This document shows positions 38,198-51,461 of a stretch of DNA of 64,000 nucleotides, one piece after another. This stretch comes from an uncultured Alphaproteobacteria bacterium. Lineage in GTDB: Bacteria > Pseudomonadota > Alphaproteobacteria > HIMB59 > GCA-002718135. The notes under the pieces were generated by a model. That model saw only the letters and a list, made by a program, of their open reading frames with translations, was not told where the DNA came from and did not search any database. The position numbers were made by a program, and so were the translations under genes. The DNA is taken from positions 68,020 through 132,019 of the forward strand of contig CACLAN010000002.1 in NCBI GenBank assembly GCA_902604905.1, read 5' to 3'. The stretch's first letter is position 1. Every line of letters begins with the position of its first letter.

Positions 38198-38674
38198 TTT
38201 TTTAATAATATATTTATTTGTTAATTCTTTAGATAATTGATTGATAGATTTTTTTTCAACTGGATGGAGAAGAAAGGGTTTAATATCTAATATAGGATAT
38301 AGAACAAAATCTCTTTCTTTGGCTCTTGGATGCGGAATAATTAGATTGTTGTAATGATACTTACTAATTCCAAAAAAAATTATATCAATATCGATACTTC
38401 TTGGTCCGTTAACTATTCTTTTATTTTTTTTTAATTTTCTTTCAATTTTTTGAATAGAATTGATTAATTGAAGAGGCTGTTGATTCGTTTTTAAGATAAT
38501 TGCACTGTTGTAAAAGTTTGACTGATATTTATATCCATATGGCGCTGAAATATAAATATTAGCAAACTTACTTATGTGCCCAATTTTACTTAACTCTCTT
38601 ACTGCACTACGTAAATTAAGTATTGAATTACCTACATTTGACCCAAGGGCAATGATAGTTTCAGTTTGAAACAC
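38174..38674 (-). CDS. folK: 2-amino-4-hydroxy-6-hydroxymethyldihydropteridine diphosphokinase
   Basis: IALGSNVG, FYNS, GPRSIDIDII, PHPRAKERDFVLYP. Confidence 0.92.
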   Translation of the reverse strand: MFQTETIIALGSNVGNSILNLRSAVRELSKIGHISKFANIYISAPYGYKYQSNFYNSAIILKTNQQPLQLINSIQKIERKLKKNKRIVNGPRSIDIDIIFFGISKYHYNNLIIPHPRAKERDFVLYPILDIKPFLLHPVEKKSINQLSKELTNKYIIKKLSYRNLI

Positions 38675-39005
38675 TTACTGATTCTGCTCCATATTTTTTG
38701 GCAACAGCTGTTTTATTTATCTTTATTTTTATATTTTTGATTTTAAATTTTTTTTCAAGCGCCTTCGATGTTTTAGAAATTAAATGTTCAAGGGTGTGTG
38801 ACTTTGATTCTTTTATATAAGTCTTAAGAAATTTTGTAATGGCAGAATAATCTTTAACATTATTAATATTATTTAAATTTAAAGAGTCTTTTACTTTATA
38901 GTCGAAGGATAGAGTAACTTTGAGAAGTTGCTTTTTCTTTCTTTCAAGTTCTGTGATACCTAAATTTGCACTAATGGATAAATTTTTTATTTCTACTTTA
39001 AACAT
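38661..39005 (-). CDS. folB: Dihydroneopterin aldolase
   Basis: LGITELERKKKQ, DYS, TLEHL; located between folP and folK. Confidence 0.8.
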   Translation of the reverse strand: MFKVEIKNLSISANLGITELERKKKQLLKVTLSFDYKVKDSLNLNNINNVKDYSAITKFLKTYIKESKSHTLEHLISKTSKALEKKFKIKNIKIKINKTAVAKKYGAESVSVSN

Positions 39006-39811
39006 AACTTTTTAAAAATTTTTAATGACTGTGAAGTTTCTTTAACATCATGCACCCTAAATATATCAACACCCTTTTGATAACAATATAAAGCCGAAGC
39101 AATAGATCCTCCTAATCTTTCGTCAGCATTGCTTTGATCAATTAGATTTATCCAGCTTTTTCTTGAAGAGCCCAGCAGCAATCCGTAACCTTTAAACTTA
39201 AACTGCTCAATTTTTTGCATGATCTCGATATTTTGATTTAAATTTTTGCCGAAACCTATTCCAGGATCAAACCATACTTTAGTTGAAGGTATTCTTAATT
39301 TTTCTAATTGTTTAATTTTTTTTAAAAAAATTTTCTTAATATCCTGTACTACATTTTTATAAGAATTAATTTTAGATTGCATTGTCTTAGGTGGAGCAGG
39401 TGTGTGCATTAAGATTAAACCTGTTTTGAATTTTTTAGATAAATAAAATAAATCCTCAGAACCACCGAACACATCATTAATTATATGAGCACCCATGCTT
39501 AATGCATATTCTTGTGTCTCAATTTTATTAGTATCAACAGAGATAACAAATTTGTTTTTTGGTAATTTTTTCAATATAGGATCTAGTCTTTTAACTTCTT
39601 CATTGTAGGTAAGAGGTTCAGAGCCAGGCCTCGTACTTTCAGCTCCAATATCAATAATATCTGCTCCATTTTCTATCATTTTCTTAATATTATTTAGAGC
39701 ATCCTTTGTCTTAAAACTCTTTCCACCATCACTAAAAGAGTCGGGCGTAACATTACATATGCCCATAACTGTTGGTTTATTAAATTTAAAATTATGTTTA
39801 CCCAATTTCAT
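38993..39811 (-). CDS. folP: Dihydropteroate synthase
   Basis: MGICNVTPDSFSDGG, DIGAESTRPG, DPGIGFGK, SRKS, RVHDV. Confidence 0.95.
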   Translation of the reverse strand: MKLGKHNFKFNKPTVMGICNVTPDSFSDGGKSFKTKDALNNIKKMIENGADIIDIGAESTRPGSEPLTYNEEVKRLDPILKKLPKNKFVISVDTNKIETQEYALSMGAHIINDVFGGSEDLFYLSKKFKTGLILMHTPAPPKTMQSKINSYKNVVQDIKKIFLKKIKQLEKLRIPSTKVWFDPGIGFGKNLNQNIEIMQKIEQFKFKGYGLLLGSSRKSWINLIDQSNADERLGGSIASALYCYQKGVDIFRVHDVKETSQSLKIFKKLCLK

Positions 39812-39812
39812 T

Positions 39813-40562
39813 TTATAAAATTTTTGAATATTCTTTTAATATAGACTTGTACATCTTAAGAGAGGATCTATACCAATTTAATTGATCAATAGAAGAAATA
39901 CTTACAACTCCCTTGCCAGATCCAACCAGAAGTATTTCACTGTATTCATAAAAGTTAGATATCAGAATATCTATTTTTTTAATCTTGTATGGAATTGTTT
40001 TAGTTAAATATGATAAAGTTATTCCAAAGTAATATGAATTCTTCGGAATAAATAATTGATTATTTTTTACAAAAATTAAGTTTGTGGTCGACCCCTCTAA
40101 AATCTTACTTTTATTATAAAAAAGAATTTCTTCTTTTTGTAAATTAATTTTTTTTTGTAAAGAAAGTATTTTTTTATATTGTAAGTTTTTAAAAGAAGGT
40201 AAGGTTCTTTGATATCTATAGATATGGGCAGTAAAATTTTTTTCTTCTTTATTTCTTTTTCGCAAAGATAAAGAAATTAATTTTTTTGTAACTGCCACTC
40301 TTAATAAGTGATCATAGTTTTTAATTTTAGAATTAGTATTTATAAAATTAATTAGAAATTGTTTTGAAATTTTAAAACTAATACCAAAGAAATTTGAATC
40401 TTTGTTAAGTTTTTTTAAATGTTGATCTATTAAAACTAAGTTTGGTTTTTTTCCTGAAATCCTTATGGTTGTAAAAACACCATTATGTCCCCATAGAGAA
40501 TTAAACTTTACATTTTTTAAATCTTTAACGTGATATGATTTTTTTAATAAGATATTTTCCAT
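39813..40562 (-). CDS. pabC: Aminotransferase class IV, probable aminodeoxychorismate lyase
   Basis: GVFTT, FKNLQY (PLP Lys), ILEGSTTNL, GIT; located in the pab/fol operon. Confidence 0.7.
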   Translation of the reverse strand: MENILLKKSYHVKDLKNVKFNSLWGHNGVFTTIRISGKKPNLVLIDQHLKKLNKDSNFFGISFKISKQFLINFINTNSKIKNYDHLLRVAVTKKLISLSLRKRNKEEKNFTAHIYRYQRTLPSFKNLQYKKILSLQKKINLQKEEILFYNKSKILEGSTTNLIFVKNNQLFIPKNSYYFGITLSYLTKTIPYKIKKIDILISNFYEYSEILLVGSGKGVVSISSIDQLNWYRSSLKMYKSILKEYSKIL

Positions 40563-41082
40563 TTGGAGTTAAAAAAGAGTCTGGGTGAAACTGAAATCCA
40601 TATACTTGATTAATATCATCTTCAATTGCCATTGCCACGTTTGTTTTTGCACAACGCATTGTGATTGTCATTGATTTTGAAACAAATGGCTCTTCTAATT
40701 TAAGTGAATGATATCTACCACCAAGGAGATCTGTATTTTTTTTAAAAATTGATTTGTCACTTATAATTTTTATACGACTTTGATAACCATGTAAGATATT
40801 TTTTTGTTGAACTATTTTACCTCCTTCAGAGTGCACTATGTGTTGGAAACCTAAGCAGATTCCGAGAATTTTTTTCCTTCCCTTATATTTTTTATAAATC
40901 TCTGAAGTTAAGGGGTAATCTTTTGGTTCACCGGGCCCAGGTGAAAGAACTATTGTTGTAGCTTTACGAAGTTTTTTATAATTAATTTCATAGTAATTAG
41001 ATACAACAGTTGGCTCGATACTATCTAATAAATGTGCAAGATTGTAAGTAAATGAGTCTTCGTGATCGATTAAATAAATCAT
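40525..41082 (-). CDS. pabA: Aminodeoxychorismate synthase glutamine amidotransferase subunit
   Basis: IDHEDSFTYNL, LSPGPG, GICLG, RYHSL, QFHPDS. Confidence 0.85.
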   Translation of the reverse strand: MIYLIDHEDSFTYNLAHLLDSIEPTVVSNYYEINYKKLRKATTIVLSPGPGEPKDYPLTSEIYKKYKGRKKILGICLGFQHIVHSEGGKIVQQKNILHGYQSRIKIISDKSIFKKNTDLLGGRYHSLKLEEPFVSKSMTITMRCAKTNVAMAIEDDINQVYGFQFHPDSFLTPNGKYLIKKIISR

Positions 41083-42287
41083 TAATTAAACAAATCTAAT
41101 AGAGATTTAGCCTTTATATAATTTTCATTATATTCTTTTTTTGCAGTGCTTCCCAATATTACTCCACTAGCAACAGATAATTCAATAGCATTTTTAAAAT
41201 TAAGTAGTGTCCTTATCATTATATTAAAACGCATATCTCCATTCGAATGTATGATACCAAAACTGCCAGTATAAATATTTCTATCAGATTTTTCTTTTTT
41301 ATTTAAAAGTTGAATGGTGCTTATTTTTGGACAACCAATTACTGATCCACCAGGCATTAGCGATGAGATTATGTCATGGTTAGTTATTTTGTTTTTCAAA
41401 ACACCTTTGATTGTTGTAACGTAATGGAAGAGATCTCTATATTCTTCCACAGTTTTTAATTTATCTATTTTTACAGAACCAGTTTTACAAATTTTTGAAA
41501 GATCGTTTCTTTCCATGTCCACTATCATATTGTGTTCTTTAGTTTCTTTTTCGTTTCTTCTAAAAAAAGCCAGTGCTTTATTGTGATTTATTTTTTTCGT
41601 TTTTCTTAAAGTACCTGCAATAGGTTTAGTTTTTATCAGATCTCCTTTTTTTAATAACAGTGTTTCAGGTGAGCAACTAATGATACTATAACCTTTATCT
41701 CTAATTAGAAAACTTTCAGGAGACTCATTTATTTGCATTAATTTCCAGAAAAGATCTATCGCGTTTATATTGCCTTTTTTTGAGTAAGTCTGAGCAATTT
41801 TTATTTGATAAGTTTTCCCTTGCTTAATATTTTTTGAGAAATCGTCAAACAGTTTAGAGTACTGTTGTAGAGTTAAATTTAAATTAAAATTCTTATTTAA
41901 TTTCGAGTATTTTTTTGTATTAGTTTTAATATTTCTAAAATTGGTTTTGGTACTTTTAATTATAATTTTTTTACCAATACTAATTTTTGTTTTAGGTTTA
42001 TAAAAAAGTCCACTATAAAAATTTGTAGTTTTTTGTTTTGGAAGTTTTATTCCAATATTATCACAAAGTAGTTGGTATCCAAAAAAACCTATGTAACAAT
42101 TTAAACCCTCAATACTTGAGCTCTTTTCTTTGGATTGTATATTTAAAAATTTTTTTATATTTTTTTTATCTACGATTATTTTTTTAGAAAAATCAGTATA
42201 TACGTCAAAGCCATTATCATTTTTATAAATAATGATAGACTTATCAGATTGATATAATTTATCTAAATATTCGTTATTGTTCAGCAC
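41082..42287 (-). CDS. pabB: Aminodeoxychorismate synthase component I
   Basis: G.TYQ, SCSPE, TKPIAGT, EHNMIVDMERNDL, PGGSVIGCPK, YTGS, NIMIRT; GTG start; folate context. Confidence 0.8.
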   Translation of the reverse strand: MLNNNEYLDKLYQSDKSIIIYKNDNGFDVYTDFSKKIIVDKKNIKKFLNIQSKEKSSSIEGLNCYIGFFGYQLLCDNIGIKLPKQKTTNFYSGLFYKPKTKISIGKKIIIKSTKTNFRNIKTNTKKYSKLNKNFNLNLTLQQYSKLFDDFSKNIKQGKTYQIKIAQTYSKKGNINAIDLFWKLMQINESPESFLIRDKGYSIISCSPETLLLKKGDLIKTKPIAGTLRKTKKINHNKALAFFRRNEKETKEHNMIVDMERNDLSKICKTGSVKIDKLKTVEEYRDLFHYVTTIKGVLKNKITNHDIISSLMPGGSVIGCPKISTIQLLNKKEKSDRNIYTGSFGIIHSNGDMRFNIMIRTLLNFKNAIELSVASGVILGSTAKKEYNENYIKAKSLLDLFN

Positions 42288-42315
42288 TGGATTCTATTAT
42301 AATTAGGATACTTAT

Positions 42316-42738
42316 ATGAAAACTATTTTAACTAAAATATTCTTTTTTTGCTTATCCGTCACATGGTCATCTTATCTTTATGGCCATGGAACAATAATTT
42401 TTCCCAATGTTGAACATGGCGAGGGATATATAGATGTTAAAATATATGACTCCAAAGAGAGTTTTTTAGATGAGGAATTAGCTATTGAGATTGTGAGAAA
42501 AAGAGTTCAAAAAGGGAGGGTTGTGGTCCCTTTAAGTAAAATTCATGAAGGAAAAATTGCAATAGTTGCCTATCATGATGAAGATTCTAATGGAGAATTA
42601 AAGACAGGTTTGTTCTGGCGGCCAAAAGAAGGTTTTGCTTTTAGCAATAATTATCAGCCTAAAGGCCCTCCATCTTTTGAAAAAGCGGCAATTATTTTAG
42701 TTCACGGCGAACCCGTGGTAATAGAACTTAATTATTAA
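42316..42738 (+). CDS. DUF2141-family secreted protein
   Basis: Signal peptide; AIVAYHDEDSNG.L...PKEGFAFSNN...GPPSF. Confidence 0.85.
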   Translation: MKTILTKIFFFCLSVTWSSYLYGHGTIIFPNVEHGEGYIDVKIYDSKESFLDEELAIEIVRKRVQKGRVVVPLSKIHEGKIAIVAYHDEDSNGELKTGLFWRPKEGFAFSNNYQPKGPPSFEKAAIILVHGEPVVIELNY

Positions 42739-42747
42739 AAAATATTG

Positions 42748-44130
42748 ATGTCATTACAATTACAGAACACACTAAGTGGTAAAAAAGAATTTTTTAAACC
42801 AGTTAATCCTGATCATGTAAGAATTTATGCATGTGGCCCAACTGTTTATAATTTTGCACATATTGGAAATGCAAGAATGGCAGTGGTAAACGATCTATTA
42901 GTCCGTGTTTTAAAAACCCAATATAAGAAAGTAACATATGTATCTAACATTACTGATATTGATGATAAAATTATAGATGCATCTAAAGAAACTGGTGAGG
43001 ACATCAGTGTTATTACATCAAAATATACTGAGATATACAATAATGATATGAGTGCCCTTGGTGTAAACCTTCCTGATATTCAACCAAGAGCAACAGATCA
43101 TATAAAAGAAATGATTGAGTTAATTAAAAAATTAATTGAGGAAGAGAAAGCTTATGAAAAAGAAGGGCATGTTTTATTTCATGTGCCAGCTTTTGAGAAT
43201 TATGGAATTCTTTCAAAAAGAAATAGAGATGAACAAATAGCTGGAAGTCGTGTTGAGGTTGCTCCTTTTAAAAAAGATCCAGCTGATTTTATTTTGTGGA
43301 AACCTTCCCCTTCTCCACTGCCAGGTTGGGATTCACCTTGGGGATTTGGAAGGCCAGGATGGCATTTAGAATGCTCCGTTATGTCAGAAAAATCATTAGG
43401 TCTTCCTTTTGATATCCATAGCGGTGGTATTGACTTGGTGTTTCCACATCATGAAAATGAAATAGCACAAACTTGTTCTATATCAAAAAATAAAGATCCT
43501 AAAGATTTTGCAGCCTATTGGTTTCATAATGGATTTGTAAATGTTGAAGGTGAAAAAATGTCAAAATCGATTGGTAATATAAGATTAGTTCACGAACTCA
43601 ATAAAAAATATAAAGGAGAAGTTTTACGACTAACATTATTATCAGCTCACTACAAACAGCCATTAAACTGGACTGAAGACATCATTGAACAAAATAATAA
43701 AATGATTGATAGACTTTATAGAGTACTATTAGAGCTATCAGAAGTTGAAGTAGATTCTAAGTTACCTTGTGAGTCAATAATGGAATCAATTTTAGATGAT
43801 TTAAACACGCCGAAAGTAATTGCAAAACTTAATGAGGAAGCAAATGATGTCTCATCTTCATCTGATGAAAGAAAAAAAGAAATCAAAAATAATCTCCTTT
43901 CAGCTGGAAAAATATTAGGTATTCTTGAGAAAGATCCAAGAAATTGGTTAGGTTATAATCAAAAAAATGATGAAAATGCTGAAGAAATTGAAAGGTTGAT
44001 AAATGAACGCAATGAAGCTAGACGCAGTAAAAATTTTAATTTGGCAGATAGTATAAGAGATATATTAAAAGATAAAGGTATAGAAATAGAAGATACTGAT
44101 AAAGGAACGATTTGGCGGAAATCTAAATGA
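42748..44130 (+). CDS. cysS: Cysteine-tRNA ligase
   Basis: [33 protein letters not shown]. Confidence 0.97.
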   Translation: MSLQLQNTLSGKKEFFKPVNPDHVRIYACGPTVYNFAHIGNARMAVVNDLLVRVLKTQYKKVTYVSNITDIDDKIIDASKETGEDISVITSKYTEIYNNDMSALGVNLPDIQPRATDHIKEMIELIKKLIEEEKAYEKEGHVLFHVPAFENYGILSKRNRDEQIAGSRVEVAPFKKDPADFILWKPSPSPLPGWDSPWGFGRPGWHLECSVMSEKSLGLPFDIHSGGIDLVFPHHENEIAQTCSISKNKDPKDFAAYWFHNGFVNVEGEKMSKSIGNIRLVHELNKKYKGEVLRLTLLSAHYKQPLNWTEDIIEQNNKMIDRLYRVLLELSEVEVDSKLPCESIMESILDDLNTPKVIAKLNEEANDVSSSSDERKKEIKNNLLSAGKILGILEKDPRNWLGYNQKNDENAEEIERLINERNEARRSKNFNLADSIRDILKDKGIEIEDTDKGTIWRKSK

Positions 44131-46052
44131 GTGAAAAGATAATAATTACATTCCCAGATGGAAATAAAAAAGAAGTTGATAAAGGTATAAATGGTCTAGA
44201 TTTAGCTTCACAAATTTCTAAATCTCTTGCCAAAGAGTCAGTCGCTATAAAAATTAATAATGAAATAAAAGATATTAGTTTGCCTATTAATAGTGATGCG
44301 TCAGTAGCAATTTTAAAAAGAGATAGTAATGAAGCCCTTGAATTAATTCGACATGACTGTGCTCATGTAATGGCAGAAGCTGTACAAGAATTATTCCCAG
44401 GAACACAAGTTACGATTGGTCCAGCTATTGAAAATGGTTTTTATTATGATTTTGCAAGAGATGAGCCTTTTACTGTTGCTGATCTTCCAAAAATTGAAAA
44501 GAGAATGCATGATATCATACAAAGAAATAAAAATTTTATAAGAGAAGTATGGTCTAAAGAAGAATCAATAAAACATTTTAAAGGTAAGGGTGAGGACTAC
44601 AAAGTTGAATTAATAAATGATTTACCTAATAATGAGGAAATCAGTATTTACAAACAGGGTGACTGGTTAGACTTGTGCCGGGGCCCTCACATGGTTTCAA
44701 CTAAACAAATTGGTAAAGCATTTAAATTAATGAAGGTTGCTGGTGCTTACTGGCGAGGTGATTCATCCAATGCAATGTTAACAAGAATTTATGGAACGGC
44801 ATGGGCAACAGAAAAAGATCTTGAACAGCACCTTTTACAAATTGAAGAAGCAGAGAAAAGAGATCACCGAAAACTAGGACGAGAAATGGATTTATTTCAT
44901 TTTCAGGAAGAGGCTCCTGGAGCGGTGTTTTGGCATCCTAAAGGTTGGACATTATTCCAATCCTTAATAAATTATATGCGAAAGAGACAAGACAATGCAG
45001 GTTACGTAGAAACGAATACACCAGACATGATGGATAAGTCTTTATGGGAGACCTCTGGCCACTGGGATAAATTTAGTGACATGATGTTTAGAACTGAAGC
45101 AAAAGACGATAAAATTTATGCAATCAAACCCATGAATTGTCCTGGCGCTGTAGAAATTTTTAAACAAGGATTAAAAAGTTATAGAGATCTACCATTTCTA
45201 TTATCTGAGTTTGGAAAAGTACATCGTTATGAACCATCAGGTGCCCTTCATGGATTAATGCGAGTAAGAGCATTTACACAAGATGATGCACATATATTTT
45301 GTACAGAGGATCAAATTACACAAGAGAGTAAGACGGTATGTGATCTGATACTTAGTATCTATAAAGATTTCGGTTTTGATAATGTTAGAATTAAATTTTC
45401 TGATCGTCCTGAAAAACGCGTTGGAGATGATGCTGTTTGGGATAAAGCTGAGGCTGCGCTAATGCAAGCTATGGAAGCAACAGGCCTTGAGTACTCGCTA
45501 AATCCAGGAGAGGGAGCATTTTATGGTCCAAAATTAGAGTTTGTTTTACGTGATGCAATTGGCAGAGACTGGCAATGCGGCACACTGCAAGTAGATTTAA
45601 ATTTACCTGGAAGATTGGGAGCTACTTATGTGGGAGAAGATGGTAATAAAAAAATACCAGTCATGTTACATAGAGCACTATTCGGTTCCTTAGAGAGATT
45701 CACCGGCATTCTAATTGAACATTATGCGGGCCATCTTCCGTTTTGGCTTTCACCATTGCAAGCTGTAGTTGCTACAATTACATCAGATACTGATGAGTAT
45801 GCTTATGAGGTACAAAAAGTATTAATATCTAAAGGAATTAGAGCCGAAATAGATACACGTAATGAAAAAATTGGTTATAAAATACGTGAACACAGTAATA
45901 GTAAGGTGCCAGCAATTATCGCTGTTGGAAAAAAAGAAGCTCAAGATAAAACAGTATCTGTTAGAAGAATTGGATCGTCTGAAACAAAAACCTTTAAATT
46001 AGAAGATATTGTTACTAGCTTATCTAAAGAAGCAAAATCGCCAATAGAGTAA
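44127..46052 (+). CDS. thrS: Threonine-tRNA ligase
   Basis: TGS domain, RHDCAH, DLCRGPH, KPMNCP, FTQDDAH, FYGPK, HRA. Confidence 0.97.
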   Translation: MSEKIIITFPDGNKKEVDKGINGLDLASQISKSLAKESVAIKINNEIKDISLPINSDASVAILKRDSNEALELIRHDCAHVMAEAVQELFPGTQVTIGPAIENGFYYDFARDEPFTVADLPKIEKRMHDIIQRNKNFIREVWSKEESIKHFKGKGEDYKVELINDLPNNEEISIYKQGDWLDLCRGPHMVSTKQIGKAFKLMKVAGAYWRGDSSNAMLTRIYGTAWATEKDLEQHLLQIEEAEKRDHRKLGREMDLFHFQEEAPGAVFWHPKGWTLFQSLINYMRKRQDNAGYVETNTPDMMDKSLWETSGHWDKFSDMMFRTEAKDDKIYAIKPMNCPGAVEIFKQGLKSYRDLPFLLSEFGKVHRYEPSGALHGLMRVRAFTQDDAHIFCTEDQITQESKTVCDLILSIYKDFGFDNVRIKFSDRPEKRVGDDAVWDKAEAALMQAMEATGLEYSLNPGEGAFYGPKLEFVLRDAIGRDWQCGTLQVDLNLPGRLGATYVGEDGNKKIPVMLHRALFGSLERFTGILIEHYAGHLPFWLSPLQAVVATITSDTDEYAYEVQKVLISKGIRAEIDTRNEKIGYKIREHSNSKVPAIIAVGKKEAQDKTVSVRRIGSSETKTFKLEDIVTSLSKEAKSPIE

Positions 46053-46055
46053 AAA

Positions 46056-47057
46056 ATGAATAACATACAAGGTAAGTTTCCAAGTACAAGACTTAGACGT
46101 AACAGAATGAAAGAATTCTCTCGCCGTTTAGTTGCTGAAAATACACTTAGTGTTAATGATTTAATCTTGCCTCTATTTGTATGCGAAGGAAACAAGGTTG
46201 ATGATCCTATTAATTCGATGCCTGGTGTAAGCAGATACTCTATTGATAAACTTTTAAGCAAAGTAGAAAAAGCTGTTAAATTTAATATTCCTGCTATTGC
46301 AATTTTTCCGCAAATTGAAAGTGGTCTTAAAAATTCTGAGGGAAGTTTAGCTGTAGATGAAAACAACTTGGTTTGCAGATCTATTAAAAGTATCAAAAAA
46401 GATTTTCCAAATATTGGTATCTTATGTGATGTTGCGTTAGATCCTTTTACGGACCATGGGCATGATGGTTTAGTTATAAATAATAAAATAGATAATGATA
46501 AAACTTTGGAGGTTTTGGAACAACAAGCTCTAATCCAAGCGAATGCTGGTTGTGATGTAATCGCCCCTTCGGATATGATGGATGGAAGAGTTGGAAGAAT
46601 AAGAACTGCATTAGATTCAAACAATTTAACAGATACCCTTATTCTCTCTTATGCTGCAAAATATGCTTCAGGTTTTTATGGACCTTTTAGAGATGCTATA
46701 AGTTCTGGTTCTAATTTAGGGAAAGATGGTAAATTAACTTATCAAATGGATCCATCAAACAGTGATGAAGCTATTAGAGAAGTTGGATTAGATATAAGTG
46801 AAGGTGCAGATATGGTAATGGTTAAGCCTGGTATGCCTTATCTTGATATTATTTCTAGAATAAAATCAGAATTTAAAGTTCCAACTTTTGCCTACCAAGT
46901 ATCTGGTGAATATTCGATGATAAAAGAGTCAATTAATAAGGGTTGGCTAAATGAAAAAGTTGTAATGGAATCTCTTTTGTCTTTTAAAAGAGCTGGAGCA
47001 AATGGTATACTGACTTACTTTGCATTAGAAGTTGCTGAAAAATTAAAAAATGAATAA
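46056..47057 (+). CDS. hemB: Porphobilinogen synthase, Mg-type (no Zn cysteines)
   Basis: [48 protein letters not shown]. Confidence 0.97.
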   Translation: MNNIQGKFPSTRLRRNRMKEFSRRLVAENTLSVNDLILPLFVCEGNKVDDPINSMPGVSRYSIDKLLSKVEKAVKFNIPAIAIFPQIESGLKNSEGSLAVDENNLVCRSIKSIKKDFPNIGILCDVALDPFTDHGHDGLVINNKIDNDKTLEVLEQQALIQANAGCDVIAPSDMMDGRVGRIRTALDSNNLTDTLILSYAAKYASGFYGPFRDAISSGSNLGKDGKLTYQMDPSNSDEAIREVGLDISEGADMVMVKPGMPYLDIISRIKSEFKVPTFAYQVSGEYSMIKESINKGWLNEKVVMESLLSFKRAGANGILTYFALEVAEKLKNE

Positions 47058-47523
47058 CATTCAATTTGAAAAAAGAAAGTCTATAGAACAAGTTGAGGAG
47101 TCAAACGAGCTTGCTCCAAAATTTGATTCAAATGGTCTAATACCAGTTGTAACAACAGATTTTTCATCTGGCGAACTACTTATGCAGGGTTATATGAATG
47201 AAGAAGCTTTTAAAAAAACTATAAGTTTGGGCGAAGCAGTTTATTTTTCTAGAAGTAGAAATACCCTTTGGCATAAGGGTAAAACAAGTGGATTAACTCA
47301 GAAGATAAAAGAAATAAGAATTGATGATGATCAAGATTGTGTTTGGTTAAGGGTTGATGTCAAAGGTGGTGCTAGCTGTCATGTAGGATATAGATCATGT
47401 TTTTATAGAAGTATACCTTTGGATAATTCTAGCTCTAAAGTTGTTCTTAAATTTGAAGAAAAAGAAAAAGTTTTTGATCCTGAAGAAGTATACAAAGGTG
47501 CCGCAAATCCCACTAAACTATAA
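47050..47523 (+). CDS. hisI: Phosphoribosyl-AMP cyclohydrolase
   Basis: [31 protein letters not shown]. Confidence 0.93.
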   Translation: MNNIQFEKRKSIEQVEESNELAPKFDSNGLIPVVTTDFSSGELLMQGYMNEEAFKKTISLGEAVYFSRSRNTLWHKGKTSGLTQKIKEIRIDDDQDCVWLRVDVKGGASCHVGYRSCFYRSIPLDNSSSKVVLKFEEKEKVFDPEEVYKGAANPTKL

Positions 47524-48113
47524 TGTCAGATAAATTAAAGTTTATTGAAACTAGTAAACTTCCAACAGATATTGGAGAGTTCACTGTACATGCCTTTACA
47601 GATGAAAATGAATCTAAAGATCATTTAGCAATATGTATGGGTGACTTGCTTACTAATGAGCCAGTTTTATCAAGAATTCATTCGCAATGTATTACAGGAG
47701 AATCTTTTTTTAGTATGAGATGTGATTGTAGATTCCAACTAACTGAATCATTAAAACAAATTGCTCAGATTGGAAGAGGTGTCATTTTTTATCTTCAACA
47801 AGAAGGAAGGGGTATTGGTCTCTCAAATAAAATTAAAGCATATAGTTTACAAGACAAAGGACTAGATACTGTTGAAGCTAATCATCAATTAGGGTTCAAA
47901 GATGATGAAAGAACATATGAAAATATTGCTGGGATGGTAAAATATCTAGCAATCAAAGAATTAGATTTGATGACCAATAATCCAAAAAAAATAAAAGCGC
48001 TTGAAGATATGGGTATCAAAGTAAATCAAAGAGTTCCTATTTTCTCAAACACCAATAAGTATAATGAAAAATATATCTCAACTAAGAAAAGTAAACTTGG
48101 TCATTTAATTTAA
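47523..48113 (+). CDS. ribA: GTP cyclohydrolase II
   Basis: RIHSQCITGE..S.RCDC, QEGRGIGL, DTVEAN, LMTNNP. Confidence 0.93.
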   Translation: MSDKLKFIETSKLPTDIGEFTVHAFTDENESKDHLAICMGDLLTNEPVLSRIHSQCITGESFFSMRCDCRFQLTESLKQIAQIGRGVIFYLQQEGRGIGLSNKIKAYSLQDKGLDTVEANHQLGFKDDERTYENIAGMVKYLAIKELDLMTNNPKKIKALEDMGIKVNQRVPIFSNTNKYNEKYISTKKSKLGHLI

Positions 48114-48518
48114 GTGGAAGCAGATAATTTAATAAAAAAACTCCATATGATTAGTCACCCTGAAGGGGGGCATTATGTTGAAAATTTTAAGAACGAAAAT
48201 GTTAGTCAAATTTATTACTTATTAAAGAAGAATGAAAAATCGCATTGGCATCGATTAACAAAAAATGAAATATTACATTTTTATTCTGGAGATCCTCTAG
48301 AAGTTTTCACATCGAGTGACGGAGTTAATTATGAAGTTTTTTCTCTAGGGTCAGATCATAATTATATTTATACCGTAACAGCAAACACATGGTTTGCTAT
48401 GAGATCTTCTGGTTCATTTAGTTTAATTGGATGCACTGTCGCACCTGCTTTCGAATTTAATGATTTTGAGCTTGCCCCTGCGACGTGGCGACCTGAAAAA
48501 TTCAGAATTGACTTATAA
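48114..48518 (+). CDS. Cupin_5 (DUF985) family protein
   Basis: HPEGGHY, IYYLL, SHWHRL, GCTVAPAFEF.DFEL. Confidence 0.85.
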   Translation: MEADNLIKKLHMISHPEGGHYVENFKNENVSQIYYLLKKNEKSHWHRLTKNEILHFYSGDPLEVFTSSDGVNYEVFSLGSDHNYIYTVTANTWFAMRSSGSFSLIGCTVAPAFEFNDFELAPATWRPEKFRIDL

Positions 48519-48578
48519 TTTTCACTTTTCTTTAATTTAAATTCTTTATATATTAGTAATATAAAACGGAGGTTCTAA

Positions 48579-50714
<2,136 letters not shown>

Positions 50715-50733
50715 AATTAGTTTTAATTAGTTT

Positions 50734-50760
50734 AAAAGTGGAACTTTAAGTTCCACTTTT
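50734..50760. terminator. Bidirectional intrinsic terminator between katG and the convergent gene
   Basis: AAAAGTGGAACT-tta-AGTTCCACTTTT with a T tract. Confidence 0.85.
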
Positions 50761-50762
50761 TT

Positions 50763-51083
50763 TTATTTTGGCATATTCGTTGCACCTGTTTCTAAAGAAA
50801 CAATTTTACCATTTTCAATTTTAAAAACAGACATTACTGCCTGAGTGTTGCCGTCATTAAACGTAACAAAAGCATGAAGAACGGCTATTTCGTCATTCTC
50901 ATATACAATTCTATCTTTATCAGAATTAATATCGTCTGACATAGCCCAACTAACTACATCAGATTTTGATAGAACATTTCCAGACGCATGCATTGTGAAT
51001 TTAAAATCATCATGCAAGATATCGTTCATTTCATCTTCATTTTTATCATTCATGGCTTTTTGGTATCTTTCCATTAAACTCAT
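50763..51083 (-). CDS. SnoaL/NTF2-like small protein
   Basis: ILHDDF, R.VYENDE, ENGKIVSLETGAT pattern typical of NTF2-like folds. Confidence 0.65.
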   Translation of the reverse strand: MSLMERYQKAMNDKNEDEMNDILHDDFKFTMHASGNVLSKSDVVSWAMSDDINSDKDRIVYENDEIAVLHAFVTFNDGNTQAVMSVFKIENGKIVSLETGATNMPK

Positions 51084-51101
51084 ATCTTTTTCCTTTCTTA
51101 A

Positions 51102-51395
51102 CTAACCTGAAAAATTCGTGACTGCTTCAGAAGTCATCGGCGTCATTACTGTAGTTTCCACCATAGCACCAGCTTCAATTCTTCTTTGTGTTAATTCTTC
51201 ATCATTTTTAAAACCCATCATACCCTCGGGTGTAGCAAAATCTAAAATAACAGTTAACTTGTTATCATTATCTTTTTCTGTAGCTGCAAATATACAAGTC
51301 ATTCCATGTTCTTTAAGTTTATGACCATTTGCAAGAAGCATTTCTTTCCATGGTCCAAAACCATTTTTTAAATCTTGTGTTAATTTAACCAACAT
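51102..51395 (-). CDS. Small hypothetical protein, DUF3764-like
   Basis: F..W...L...G and R..AGA.VETT pattern; AGGAG RBS. Confidence 0.5.
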   Translation of the reverse strand: MLVKLTQDLKNGFGPWKEMLLANGHKLKEHGMTCIFAATEKDNDNKLTVILDFATPEGMMGFKNDEELTQRRIEAGAMVETTVMTPMTSEAVTNFSG

Positions 51396-51461
51396 ATTAA
51401 CTCCTTTTTTATTAACTATATAGGTTTCAAAAGACTAAAAATTATTAAAATGAAATAATAA

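Noticed and set aside
40525-42287. Interpretation as anthranilate synthase trpE/trpG
   Set aside because: Co-transcribed with pabC-like, folP, folB and folK; no trpD or trpC in the window
45941-46624. 227-aa ORF antisense to hemB/thrS
   Set aside because: Shadow ORF on the reverse strand of conserved genes, with no recognisable motifs
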